61,130 nucleotides of DNA from an uncultured Clostridiaceae bacterium. GTDB lineage: Bacteria; Bacillota; Clostridia; TANB77; CAG-508. A model generated the notes under the pieces. That model worked only from the letters and a program-made list of their open reading frames with translations. It was not told where the DNA came from and did not search any database. Positions 32,134-42,243 of the stretch are shown here, one piece after another. A program made the position numbers and the translations under genes. The DNA lies in the NCBI GenBank assembly GCA_946493085.1, contig CAMMAC010000006.1, forward strand, positions 1-61,130. Reading direction: 5' to 3'. Position 1 is the first letter of the stretch. Each line of letters starts with the position of its first letter.

Positions 32134-33774
32134 ATGAAAATTATTTATAAAGATAGACAGATAGAAATACCAGAAGGGAGCAGAGTAATAGATGTTTTTG
32201 GCAAAGAAATAGAAGAAGCAAAAGTAGAAATTGTTACCTGTAAGATTAATCATGAAGTGAAGTCATTAGATACCGTTTTGCAAGAGGAAAATGTTGTAGA
32301 ATTGTTAAATTTATCTGATCGCGATGGCTCAAGAGCCTATATACGAGGACTTTTATTTATTATGTCGATGGCTTTCCATGAATTATATCCAGAATTAAAA
32401 TTAACAGTAAATTATCAATTAAATAATAGCATGCTTTGTGAAATCTATAACCAAACACCAACAGAAGAAATGATTGCAGAAGTTAGGAAAAAAATGCAAG
32501 AGATTATTGATAGAGATTTGCCTATTCGAAAGGTAGAAATGAGCAAAGAAGAGGCAAAACAATTTATAGAAGAGAAAAAGACGAATATTGGAAAATTACA
32601 GATAGAGAATATAGAGAAAAAAGAAGTTTCCTTTTATTTTTGTGAAGAGTACTTTAACTATTTTTATGGAGTTATGCCAATTTCTACTGGTTTTATGAAG
32701 TTATTTGATATTATGAAATATCATGATGGATTTTTAATCCGTTATCCTAGTAAGAAAAATCCAAATGTAATAGAGCCATATAAAGAAGGAAAGAAATTAC
32801 TAGCAACACTAGATGAATATGAAGACATTTATCGTGTTTTAGGAGTATGTACTTTAGATAAACTAAATAAAATGATAAGGGAAGGAAAAACTTCTGATTT
32901 GATATTATTATCTGAAGCGTTACATGAAAAGAAATTAGCACAAATAGCAGATACCATTGCGAAAGATAGAAAAAAGAGAGTAGTTCTAATTGCAGGACCT
33001 TCTTCTTCTGGAAAGACCACATTTGCCAAAAGATTGGGAATACAACTTCGTTTAAATGGATTAAAACCAAAAACAATTTCTGTAGATAATTATTTTGTAG
33101 AAAGAGAAGATACACCAAAAGATGAATTTGGCAAATATAATTTTGAAGCATTAGAAGCGGTGGATTTAAAGTTGTTTAACCATGATTTGAAAGCTTTGCT
33201 GAATGGAGAAACCATTTCTATGCCAACATTTGATTTTATTCATGGTCATAAAGAATATAAAGGGAATACTATGTCTCTAGCAGCAGATGAAGTGCTAGTG
33301 ATAGAAGGAATTCATTGTTTGAATGATAAATTAACAGCAGATATCCCAAAAGAAGAAAAGTTTAAAATTTATATTAGTGCATTGACGGTATTAAATATTG
33401 ATTATTATAACCGTATCTCTACAACAGATACGAGAATTATTAGAAGAACTGTAAGAGATAGTAAATTTAGAGGATATGACGCAGAAAGAACACTTGCTTC
33501 TTGGTATTCTGTGTCAGAAGGAGAAGAGAAAAATATTTTCCCTTATCAAGAAGAAGCGGATGTGATGTTTAATTCTTCTTTAGTGTATGAAATTAATGCT
33601 TTAAGGAATGATGCTTTGCCTTTATTTGAAAAGATAGGACCAGATAGCATGCAGTATGCAGAGGCAAAGAGACTTGCTGAGTTTTTAAAATATTTTGAGC
33701 CTATTTCCTTAGAAGATGTACCTAAAAATTCTTTGCTACAAGAATTTTTAGGAAATAGTATTTTTGAATATTAA
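32134..33774 (+). CDS. nucleoside (uridine) kinase with TGS/ThrRS-like N-terminal domain
   Basis: IAGPSSSGKTT, VIEGIHCLN, IFPYQEEAD. Confidence 0.88.
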   Translation: MKIIYKDRQIEIPEGSRVIDVFGKEIEEAKVEIVTCKINHEVKSLDTVLQEENVVELLNLSDRDGSRAYIRGLLFIMSMAFHELYPELKLTVNYQLNNSMLCEIYNQTPTEEMIAEVRKKMQEIIDRDLPIRKVEMSKEEAKQFIEEKKTNIGKLQIENIEKKEVSFYFCEEYFNYFYGVMPISTGFMKLFDIMKYHDGFLIRYPSKKNPNVIEPYKEGKKLLATLDEYEDIYRVLGVCTLDKLNKMIREGKTSDLILLSEALHEKKLAQIADTIAKDRKKRVVLIAGPSSSGKTTFAKRLGIQLRLNGLKPKTISVDNYFVEREDTPKDEFGKYNFEALEAVDLKLFNHDLKALLNGETISMPTFDFIHGHKEYKGNTMSLAADEVLVIEGIHCLNDKLTADIPKEEKFKIYISALTVLNIDYYNRISTTDTRIIRRTVRDSKFRGYDAERTLASWYSVSEGEEKNIFPYQEEADVMFNSSLVYEINALRNDALPLFEKIGPDSMQYAEAKRLAEFLKYFEPISLEDVPKNSLLQEFLGNSIFEY

Positions 33775-33841
33775 AATAAGAAAAAACTATTACCTTAAAA
33801 ATTTTCAAAAAGGTAATAGTTTCTTTTTTAGAATTAAAAAA

Positions 33842-34574
33842 TTAAGTAAGTTTCACAATAGCATGTAATACTTTTGCATCTTCACTTTTAATAGTAACAT
33901 AATGAGCCTGTTCTTCTGGTACATAGGAATAAAAGCAAGCAAGAGTATCACCTAGTTTACTTTCAGACTTGTACATAATTTCTATATGAGAGAAATTAGA
34001 GCTTTTTTCATATACTTCGGTAGGCAAGGTCTCCAAAGCAACATCTAAATAGCAAAGGTTATGCATATGACGATTGACATCAATATTGCTACGAAGAACT
34101 TTGCATGAATAACTATGAGAAAAATTAGCAGGCTCTTTTAATTTGGCAGTTTCTACTTCTGGAAAAACAGACTTTGCTTCAGACTCGTAAGGTGCAATAA
34201 TATCCTCCGTTAATTTTTGTAATCCTTTTTCCGTGTGGACTAATACCCATTTGGAGGTAGCAATGACTAAAAGGTTACCTGCTTCGTCGTACATTTCAAA
34301 ATCACGGTAGCAATAAAATCTAAATGCAGCGCGAGACCATGTAGAAATTCTAATAGTTTCTCCGTAGTGAGGTCTTTTTAATATCTGCATCTTCCAATGT
34401 AATAACACCCAAGATAAGTGAGTTTGTTCTATCTGTTTTAGTCCAAACCCTACTGCATCAGAATGTAGACCTCCAATATCCTCAAAATAGCCGAAGTATT
34501 GCTTTATCTGTTATTTCATTAGATATGCCAATATCTCGAAGTCCAACAGAATAAGTTTTTTCAAAAAACGCCAT
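33842..34574 (-). CDS. acyl-ACP thioesterase; needs +1 shift at CGG 34493-34491
   Basis: MAFFEKTYSVGLRDIG..KAIL, one extra C, then GYFEDIGGLHSDAVGFG..; IDVNRHMHN catalytic motif; 243 aa when joined. Confidence 0.88.
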
Positions 34575-34614
34575 ATATTTTTTACCTTCTTCCTTTTATA
34601 GTAAATTGAAAACT

Positions 34615-35040
34615 TTAAGCATCTTCTTGCATGCAATTTTCCATCACTTGATAAATATCTGGGTGTAATTTTTTTGTATTAATAGGTCTTAAGTCTTTTC
34701 CAACTAAAGCATGCAATGTAGTTCCTGTGTTAATAGGAGTAGTTTCTCCTTTTTTAAATACTTCATAAGAAAATTCTACCTTTACAGGGGTTAATTTACT
34801 AATTTTGGTTTTTATTTCAATTTCTTCTTCGTAATGTGCAGGTCTTATATATTTGCAATGTAAATCTACTAAAGGAGTTAATACTCCGCTTTCTTCCATT
34901 TTGCTATAAGGAAGTCCTGCTTTCTTGCAAAAATCAGAACGAGCAGCTTCGTACCATATAGGGTATACACTATGGTGTACAATGCCCATTTGGTCAGTCT
35001 CCGCATAACGTGCAATAACGGTTGTTGTACTAACTAACAT
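34615..35040 (-). CDS. acyl-CoA thioesterase (YbgC/FadM family)
   Basis: RYAETDQMGIVHHSVY..WYEAAR. Confidence 0.9.
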   Translation of the reverse strand: MLVSTTTVIARYAETDQMGIVHHSVYPIWYEAARSDFCKKAGLPYSKMEESGVLTPLVDLHCKYIRPAHYEEEIEIKTKISKLTPVKVEFSYEVFKKGETTPINTGTTLHALVGKDLRPINTKKLHPDIYQVMENCMQEDA

Positions 35041-35292
35041 AACAAAATAGCCTCCTTTTTTATTTTTATCAGAGGAAAGTATATCATAGTTATAAGAAAA
35101 AAGCTAGAATTTTTTTTGCTTTTGTTTCTCCGTATAAAGATATTTTTATTATATCACATTTTTCCATAACTGGCAATTTTATGACAACTGCAAAAAAAAG
35201 CCAAGAATTTTTACAGTGGGGAAAGGATTGCAATAAAAAGAAAGAGATAGTATAATAGGTTTATGATTGAAAGTAAGCAAAGGAAAGAAAAA

Positions 35293-36180
35293 ATGAAAAT
35301 AAAACAATTAGATAATTGCAAAATTTGTCCTCATGAATGTATGGCAAAAAGAAATGAAGGGCAAATAGGAAAATGTGGTTGTAATGATAAAATAAAAGTA
35401 GCGTTAGTTTCACTTCACTATTATGAGGAACCTTGTATTAGCGGAAAAGAAGGTTCTGGTACTATATTTTTCTCTAACTGTAATATGCACTGCCTATTTT
35501 GTCAAAATTATGAGATTAGTCAGCTAGGTAAGGGAAAAGAAATGACGATAGAAAGCTTAGCAGAAGCGATGCTAGAGCAACAAAAAAAGGGAGCAAACAA
35601 CATTAATTTAGTAACGCCTACTACATATGCTTATTCTATTAAAGAAGCAATTCTATTAGCAAAAAAGAGGGGACTTACCCTTCCTATTATATATAATTCT
35701 AATGGTTATGAAAAAGTAGAAACATTAAAAGATTTGGAAGGGTATATTGATGTATATCTGCCAGATTTAAAATATTATACAGACGAATTAGCTAAAAAAT
35801 ATTCTGGTATCACAAACTATTTTTCTACTGCTACAAAAGCGATACAAGAAATGTATAGACAAGTAGGCATAGCTAAGTTTGATGAAAGAGGTATTATTCA
35901 AAAAGGAATAATAGTGAGACATCTTGTATTACCTAATCATTTGCAAAATAGTAAACACATTTTGAAATGGATAAAAGAGAATATGCCAGAGGATATTTAT
36001 GTAAGTGTTATGGCACAATATTTTCCTACTTATAAAGCAAAGGAAGATGCTCTGATTAATAGAAAATTAACGAAAAAAGAATATAAAGAGATAGAAGAGT
36101 ATTTTTATCTGTTAGATATACATAATGGCTATATACAGGAATTAGGAGAGCATGAAGAAGAATATGTGCCAAATTTTTGA
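35293..36180 (+). CDS. radical SAM protein, PflX family
   Basis: CxxCPxxC N-terminus, EEPCISG, CNMHCLFC, NINLVTPT, RHLVLP. Confidence 0.88.
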   Translation: MKIKQLDNCKICPHECMAKRNEGQIGKCGCNDKIKVALVSLHYYEEPCISGKEGSGTIFFSNCNMHCLFCQNYEISQLGKGKEMTIESLAEAMLEQQKKGANNINLVTPTTYAYSIKEAILLAKKRGLTLPIIYNSNGYEKVETLKDLEGYIDVYLPDLKYYTDELAKKYSGITNYFSTATKAIQEMYRQVGIAKFDERGIIQKGIIVRHLVLPNHLQNSKHILKWIKENMPEDIYVSVMAQYFPTYKAKEDALINRKLTKKEYKEIEEYFYLLDIHNGYIQELGEHEEEYVPNF

Positions 36181-36280
36181 TTTTTGTTGACTAGACAATG
36201 TTTTTGTAATAAAATCTTAACATAAGTCATTTTAGTAACCATTAACAATAGCATTTATTGAAAAAAGGAGATGGAAACAA

Positions 36281-37444
36281 ATGAAAATGAGAGTTTTAGC
36301 ATCCACAAAAGTAGGCTATGAACTTCCCGTACAAGAGGCTGTTCAGTTTTCAGGAACAGAAGCAGGCTTTTGCTATATGCCAGATGATGTAGACACTCTT
36401 TTAGCGGAGCCAGAAGAAGCAACCAGAAAGAGAGCAAACGGAACTATGAAATCTGGTCATCATAGTGTCTTTGGACATGTTAGCTACAACTTTGCATTGG
36501 AAGAAGTGCCTAAAATAATGGCAATGATACTAAATAATGAAAAAGTATATCAAACGTCAGAGAAATCTGCAAGATATACGCGTATGACGCCATCTGAACA
36601 GGAGAAAGCTTTATATGAAAAATGGATAGATATATTTTCAGAGGAAATAAGAAAGATTTATCCTGTGTCACAAGAAAACGAAAAGCAAAGAGAAAAAAAT
36701 ATACGAAAGAAAGCCCAAGAAAATGCAAGATATTTAATCAGTGTATTTACTCCGGCAACTTCTATGGGGCATACGTTGGATTTTAGACAGCTCAATTATG
36801 AAATATATTGGGCGGAAAGGTTAATAGAAAAAGAAACCGATTCAGCGTTTTACCAATTGTTAAAACCAGTTTTGGCAGATTTTGTAGAAACTTTTCAGAA
36901 ATATCAAGTGAAGGATATTAATACGGAAGTAAAACAGAGAAGTTTCTCACTATTTGCTGACAGAAAAAGAGAAGAAGAATGGGGAGAAAATTACTGCACA
37001 AATTATTTAGGAACATTTTCACAATTGGCACAAGCTCAAAGGCATCGAACAATCAGTTATGAAATGATGCTTTTAGAGAAACCAAGGTATTTTGTACCTC
37101 CTATTATAGCGGGTACAAAATTAGAGTCGGAATGGTTAAAAGATATTTCTTCGTTAGAGTCTTATTTTCCACAAGGAATGTTAGTGTGGATTAATGAACG
37201 AGGAACTGTAGAAAATTTTGTTTTGAAATGTAAGGAAAGATTGTGCGGAGAGGCACAATTAGAAATTGCACAACAAACACAATGTACAATGCAGAAATAT
37301 CTTAACCATACGAAAGAAAATAAGCCAGAGGTATATCAGTATTTATTGCCATATGCGAAGGGAGCAAGATGTACATTTCCAGGTTACAAATGCACAAAAC
37401 CATGTTTATGGGGTGCAAAAAATGCTTTAAATAGAAAGTTTTAG
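36281..37444 (+). CDS. FAD-dependent thymidylate synthase-like protein (double-length ThyX)
   Basis: GHHSVFGH, SEKSARY, ENARY, QRHR, ERLC..AQLEI. Confidence 0.7.
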   Translation: MKMRVLASTKVGYELPVQEAVQFSGTEAGFCYMPDDVDTLLAEPEEATRKRANGTMKSGHHSVFGHVSYNFALEEVPKIMAMILNNEKVYQTSEKSARYTRMTPSEQEKALYEKWIDIFSEEIRKIYPVSQENEKQREKNIRKKAQENARYLISVFTPATSMGHTLDFRQLNYEIYWAERLIEKETDSAFYQLLKPVLADFVETFQKYQVKDINTEVKQRSFSLFADRKREEEWGENYCTNYLGTFSQLAQAQRHRTISYEMMLLEKPRYFVPPIIAGTKLESEWLKDISSLESYFPQGMLVWINERGTVENFVLKCKERLCGEAQLEIAQQTQCTMQKYLNHTKENKPEVYQYLLPYAKGARCTFPGYKCTKPCLWGAKNALNRKF

Positions 37445-37506
37445 GAAGAAAGGCAAAGAGTTGAAATTTGATTAACTCTTTGCCTTCTTTCTTAAAGCAA
37501 TGAAAT

Positions 37507-37569
37507 TTATAGCAACTGTTGTAATATCTTATCAATGTTAGGAAATGTAAGTTTTTTCAATTCTAGCTT
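37507..37569 (-). pseudogene. C-terminal stub of a probable type III toxin (CptN-like)
   Basis: KLELKKLTFPNIDKILQQLL* immediately after the array terminator; no RBS or convincing start. Confidence 0.45.
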
Positions 37570-37600
37570 AAAAAATAAGGCTTACCAAAAAAGGTAAGCC
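37570..37600 (-). terminator. intrinsic terminator downstream of the repeat array
   Basis: GGCTTACC-loop-GGTAAGCC followed by a T-rich tract on the minus strand. Confidence 0.8.
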
Positions 37601-37610
37601 CCAAAATAAA

Positions 37611-37767
37611 ATTTATTCACTCTATCATTTATAACTCGCCAAAGAGGCGGCGGCAAATACATTTATCCACTCTATCACTTATAACTCGCCAAAGAGGTGG
37701 CGGCAAATACATTTATCCACTCTATCACTTATAACTCGCCAAAGAGGTGGCGACAAACACATTTATC
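37611..37767 (-). ncRNA. three 50 bp tandem repeats plus a partial copy; type III TA antitoxin-like RNA
   Basis: Units at 37611, 37661 and 37711; minus-strand promoter upstream and terminator downstream; CGCCA/TGGCG stem whose loop CTCT can pair with downstream AGAG. Confidence 0.7.
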
Positions 37768-37784
37768 TAAACAATGATATAAGC

Positions 37785-37813
37785 ATAATAGCATAAAATA
37801 TGTTCCATTGCAA
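37785..37813 (-). promoter_or_regulatory. sigma-A promoter driving the repeat array
   Basis: TTGCAA, 17 nt spacer, TGc-TATTAT on the minus strand. Confidence 0.7.
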
Positions 37814-37911
37814 CAATTTTTCTTACGAATTCCACTTTTTTTCACCAAACCCCTTGACAAAACAAAAAAAATAGTGTAAAGTATATTAGCATTACAAAAG
37901 AGGTGGTAATT

Positions 37912-38259
37912 ATGGAAAAAAATGTGAAGGTTAGCATTCTGTGTGAAATATACGGAAAGCTTTTAACAGAAAAACAGTTAGAAGTCTTAAATGACTACTA
38001 TAATAATGACCTATCTCTTTCGGAAATTGCAGAAAATAATCATATCACAAGACAAGCTGTGAGAGACATTATCAAGAAGGGAGAGAATAAACTTTTCGAA
38101 CTAGAAGAAAAGCTTTTGTTTATGGAAAAGAAAATGGAACAAGAAAAATTATTACAAGATGTTTTAAATGAACTAAGCAAATTACAAGATACTTCTTCTG
38201 ATAAAAAAGTAGAAAAAATCTTGGATCATGTTAGAAAAGAATTAAGTTGTTTAGTGTAA
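37912..38259 (+). CDS. ylxM: YlxM family DNA-binding protein
   Basis: YGKLLTEKQ..YY..DLSLSEIAE..TRQAV; upstream of ffh. Confidence 0.92.
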   Translation: MEKNVKVSILCEIYGKLLTEKQLEVLNDYYNNDLSLSEIAENNHITRQAVRDIIKKGENKLFELEEKLLFMEKKMEQEKLLQDVLNELSKLQDTSSDKKVEKILDHVRKELSCLV

Positions 38260-38287
38260 GAACAAAGGAATAGGAGGAACGGAAAAT

Positions 38288-39637
38288 ATGGCTTTTGAAG
38301 GGTTATCTTCTAAATTGCAAGGCATTACAAGAAAATTAAGAGGAAAAGCAAGAATTACAGAATCAGATTTAAAAGATATGCTAAGAGAAGTAAAACTTGC
38401 CTTATTAGAAGCAGATGTGAACTATAAAGTGGTAAAAGAATTTATAGATACCATACAAACAAAGGCATTAGGGCAAGATGTTTTAAAGTCATTAACACCG
38501 GGACAACAAGTAGTAAAGATTGTAAAAGATGAACTAGTAGAACTTCTAGGAGGACAGGAAAGTAAAATTCACTTTACACCAAATCCACCTACTATTATTA
38601 TGTTGGTAGGATTGCAAGGTTCTGGTAAAACAACTACAGCTGGAAAACTAGCGAATCTCCTAAGAAAACAAGGGAAAAAACCATTATTGGTAGCTTGCGA
38701 TGTTTATAGACCAGCAGCTATCAAACAATTACAAGTGGTAGGTGCACAGCTGAATATACCAGTCTATAGTAACGAAAATTCAAAAGATGTAGTACATATT
38801 GCGAAACAAGCAGTAAGTGTAGCCATTAGCAAATTAAACGATGTTGTTATTTTAGATACAGCGGGAAGATTACATATTGATGAAGAACTAATGGAAGAAC
38901 TAAAAAATATAAAAGCAAATGTAAAACCACATGAAATTTTGTTAGTAGTAGATAGTATGACTGGTCAAGATGCAGTAAATGTAGCATCTAGCTTTAATGA
39001 AGCACTAGGAATTGATGGTGTGGTACTTACAAAGTTAGATGGTGATACTCGTGGTGGTGCAGCTATTTCTGTTAAGAAAGTAACAGGAAGACCAATTAAA
39101 TTTGCGGCAACAGGAGAAAAACTAAGTGATATAGAAGTATTTCATCCAGAAAGAATGGCATCTCGTATTTTAGGAATGGGAGATGTATTATCCATTATTG
39201 AAAAAGCAGAAGAGGCAATAGACTTAGAAGAAGCTGAAAAATTAGAAAAACAATTAAAAAAGAAAGAATTTGACTTAGAAGATTATTTAACACAACTAAG
39301 GCAAGTGAAAAAAATGGGTTCTTTTTCTTCTATTTTAAAGATGTTGCCGGGTATGGCAAATATCAAGGATTTAAAAGTAGATGATAAAGAATTTACAAGA
39401 ATAGAAGCAATGATTTGCTCTATGACAGCAGAAGAAAGAAGAAATCCACGTTTGTTAAATGCAAGTAGAAGAATTCGTATCGCAAAGGGAAGCGGAACAA
39501 GCGTACAGCAAATTAATCAGTTTATGAAATCTTTTGAAATGACACAAAAAATGATGAAGAAAATGCAAAATGAAAAAGGACTTAAAAACATGATGAAAAA
39601 TTTAAATCCAAACGATTTAAAAAATATGATGAAATAG
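38288..39637 (+). CDS. ffh: signal recognition particle protein
   Basis: GLQGSGKTT, DTAGR, TKLDGD, M domain. Confidence 0.97.
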   Translation: MAFEGLSSKLQGITRKLRGKARITESDLKDMLREVKLALLEADVNYKVVKEFIDTIQTKALGQDVLKSLTPGQQVVKIVKDELVELLGGQESKIHFTPNPPTIIMLVGLQGSGKTTTAGKLANLLRKQGKKPLLVACDVYRPAAIKQLQVVGAQLNIPVYSNENSKDVVHIAKQAVSVAISKLNDVVILDTAGRLHIDEELMEELKNIKANVKPHEILLVVDSMTGQDAVNVASSFNEALGIDGVVLTKLDGDTRGGAAISVKKVTGRPIKFAATGEKLSDIEVFHPERMASRILGMGDVLSIIEKAEEAIDLEEAEKLEKQLKKKEFDLEDYLTQLRQVKKMGSFSSILKMLPGMANIKDLKVDDKEFTRIEAMICSMTAEERRNPRLLNASRRIRIAKGSGTSVQQINQFMKSFEMTQKMMKKMQNEKGLKNMMKNLNPNDLKNMMK

Positions 39638-39717
39638 TTTTTAATTTTATACAATAGAAAAGTAATTTTCTGTTGGAAATATAATAGATTTTGAAGCAAA
39701 AGGAAGAGGTGAATGTT

Positions 39718-39951
39718 ATGGTAAAAATCAGATTAAAAAGAGTAGGTGCAAAAAAAGCTCCATTCTATCACATTGTAGTAGCAGATTCTAGAAGCCCAAG
39801 AGATGGAAAAATCATTGAGCAAATTGGAACATATGATCCAATGACAAATCCTTCTACAATCGTAGTAGATAAAGAAAAAGTAGAAGCTTGGATCAAAAAT
39901 GGTGCAAAACCAACTGATACAGTAAAAGCTTTAATTGAAAAAGCAAACTAA
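39718..39951 (+). CDS. rpsP: 30S ribosomal protein S16
   Basis: [30 protein letters not shown]. Confidence 0.97.
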   Translation: MVKIRLKRVGAKKAPFYHIVVADSRSPRDGKIIEQIGTYDPMTNPSTIVVDKEKVEAWIKNGAKPTDTVKALIEKAN

Positions 39952-40010
39952 GTATTCTTAAATAGAAAAACTAGTTAGGTGGATGCCTAAGAAAGGAAGG
40001 ATACTTAAAA

Positions 40011-40247
40011 ATGGAAAAAATGTTAGAAACCATGGTAAAAAGCCTAGTAGAGGAAAAAGAAGAAGTTACCATTACACAAACAGAGGGTAGTTCTGAAAAA
40101 GAAATAAGCTTTGTTGTAAAAGTAGCTACATCCGATATGGGAAGAGTCATTGGTAAACAAGGAAGGGTTGCAAAAGCAATTCGAACTGTTATGAAAGCAA
40201 TTGCAGGCAGAGAACATAAAAAAGTTGTAATAGAATTTGTAAGTTAG
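40011..40247 (+). CDS. khpA: KH domain RNA-binding protein
   Basis: DMGRVIGKQGRVAKAIR; between rpsP and rimM. Confidence 0.92.
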   Translation: MEKMLETMVKSLVEEKEEVTITQTEGSSEKEISFVVKVATSDMGRVIGKQGRVAKAIRTVMKAIAGREHKKVVIEFVS

Positions 40248-40257
40248 AGGAAAATAG

Positions 40258-40770
40258 ATGGAAGCATATTTAGAAATAGGACAAATTGTGAATACTTTTG
40301 GAATAAAAGGAGTGCTAAAAGTAAAACCTTTTACAGATGAAATAACACGATTTGAAGATTTAAAAAAAGTTTATATATGCGAAAAAACAGGATTAAAACA
40401 AGTAACGATAGAAAAGGTAAGTTATCATAAAGATATGGTTTTGTTAAAATGTAAAGGCATAGAAGACAAAACAGAGGCAGAAAAGTATAAAGGTCTTTAC
40501 TTAAAGATTGATAGAAAAGATGCCAAAGAATTACCAGAAGATACTTATTTTATTGCTGATTTACTTGGGTTAGAAGTTTATACAGAAGAAGGACGAAACC
40601 TAGGAATAGTAGAAGATATTTTCCCAACAGGGAGCAATGACGTTTATGTGGTCAAAGACCCAGAAACAGGAAAGCAAGTACTATTACCTGCAATTAGTGA
40701 AGTCATAAAAGACATTAATCTAAAAGAAAAGAAAATAATCGTTCATTTACTAGAAGGGTTAGAAAGTTAG
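40258..40770 (+). CDS. rimM: ribosome maturation factor RimM
   Basis: [21 protein letters not shown]. Confidence 0.95.
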   Translation: MEAYLEIGQIVNTFGIKGVLKVKPFTDEITRFEDLKKVYICEKTGLKQVTIEKVSYHKDMVLLKCKGIEDKTEAEKYKGLYLKIDRKDAKELPEDTYFIADLLGLEVYTEEGRNLGIVEDIFPTGSNDVYVVKDPETGKQVLLPAISEVIKDINLKEKKIIVHLLEGLES

Positions 40771-40786
40771 AAAGGAAGCAAAAACA

Positions 40787-41450
40787 ATGCAATTTGATGT
40801 GCTTACACTTTTCCCAGAAATGTTTATTCCGTTAAAACAAAGCATTTTAGGAAGAGCACAAGAAAAAGAACTCATTCAAATTCATACAGTGAATATGAGA
40901 GATTTTTCAAAAGATAAACACAAAAAAGTAGATGACACACCTTATGGTGGCGGTAATCGGTATGGTAATTAGACCAGACATTGTATATGATGCTTTTCAA
41001 TCTGTGTGGGAGGAACAAGCAAAAGTTATTTTTTTATCACCACAAGGAAAAACGCTTACCCAGAAAAAAATAATTGATTTAAGTAAGGAAAAACATCTTA
41101 TCTTAATTTGCGGACATTATGAAGGAATTGATGAAAGAGTCATAGAAGAAATTCAGCCAGAAGAAATTTCTATAGGAGATTATGTACTAACTGGTGGAGA
41201 GCTACCAGCTATGGTATTAATAGATAGTGTTAGCCGTTATGTAGAAGGCGTTTTGGCAGAAGGTTCTGTAGAAGAAGAATCTTTTAGCAAAAACTATTTA
41301 GAATATCCACAGTACACAAGACCAGAAATTTTTAGAGGAAGAAAAGTACCAGAAGTGCTTTTATCAGGACATCATGAAAATATTCGCAAATGGAGAGAAG
41401 AACAGGCTTTGAAAAGAACAAAGAAAAAAAGACCAGATTTATTAAAATAA
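40787..41450 (+). CDS. trmD: tRNA (guanine-37-N1)-methyltransferase; needs +1 shift at CGG 40958-40960
   Basis: [16 protein letters not shown], one extra C, then [33 protein letters not shown]; 220 aa when joined. Confidence 0.95.
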
Positions 41451-41474
41451 AAATTAAGAAAGGAGAATATCAAA

Positions 41475-42008
41475 ATGGATATTATAAAATCAATCGAACA
41501 TGAACAATTGAAAAATAAAGTTCCAGACCTTCATGTTGGTGATACAGTAAGAGTACACCAAAGAATTAAAGAAGGAAATAGAGAAAGAATCCAAGTATTC
41601 GAAGGAATTATTATTAAAAAACAAGGCGGTGGAGTAAATAGTACATTCACTGTAAGAAGAGTAGCTTATGGAGTAGGAGTAGAAAAAACATTTTTACTAC
41701 ATTCCCCAATGGTAGAGAAAGTAGAATTAGTAAGAGTTGGTAAAGCAAGAAGAGCAAAACTATACTACCTAAGAGATAGAGTAGGAAAAGCAGCTAAGAC
41801 AAAAGAAAACTTAGGTGCTAGAATAGAAAATAAAGAAATTACTTTAAAAGAAGATTTAGCAGCAGAGCAAGAAGCTGAGGTAAGTACAGCTCCAGAAGAA
41901 GCACCAGCTGTTGAAACTACAGAAGTAGTAGAGCAAGAAGTAGTAGATACTGTAAAAGAAGAAGCTGTAGAAACAGTAAAAGAAGCACCAAAAACAGAAG
42001 AAAAGTAA
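41475..42008 (+). CDS. rplS: 50S ribosomal protein L19 with acidic C-terminal extension
   Basis: [36 protein letters not shown]. Confidence 0.96.
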   Translation: MDIIKSIEHEQLKNKVPDLHVGDTVRVHQRIKEGNRERIQVFEGIIIKKQGGGVNSTFTVRRVAYGVGVEKTFLLHSPMVEKVELVRVGKARRAKLYYLRDRVGKAAKTKENLGARIENKEITLKEDLAAEQEAEVSTAPEEAPAVETTEVVEQEVVDTVKEEAVETVKEAPKTEEK

Positions 42009-42243
42009 ATTTTATAAAAAAGGAACATACAAATGAAAAGGCAAAAAATCTCTTTTTTAGAGTAATGTCATAAAAATGTAATGAAATAGAAAATAAAATG
42101 TAACAATAAATCCCCCAAAAAGAGTTGACGAGAAAATAAAAAAGCGTTACACTATTATTAGTTACAAAATTTATATTTTTTGCATAAATTAAGTGAAAAA
42201 TATAAATAATAATAGAAATTTCATAAGAAAAAGGAGAAAGAAT

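Noticed and set aside
37611-37767. CRISPR array
   Set aside because: The 50 bp units are contiguous with no unique spacers, and no cas genes are present.
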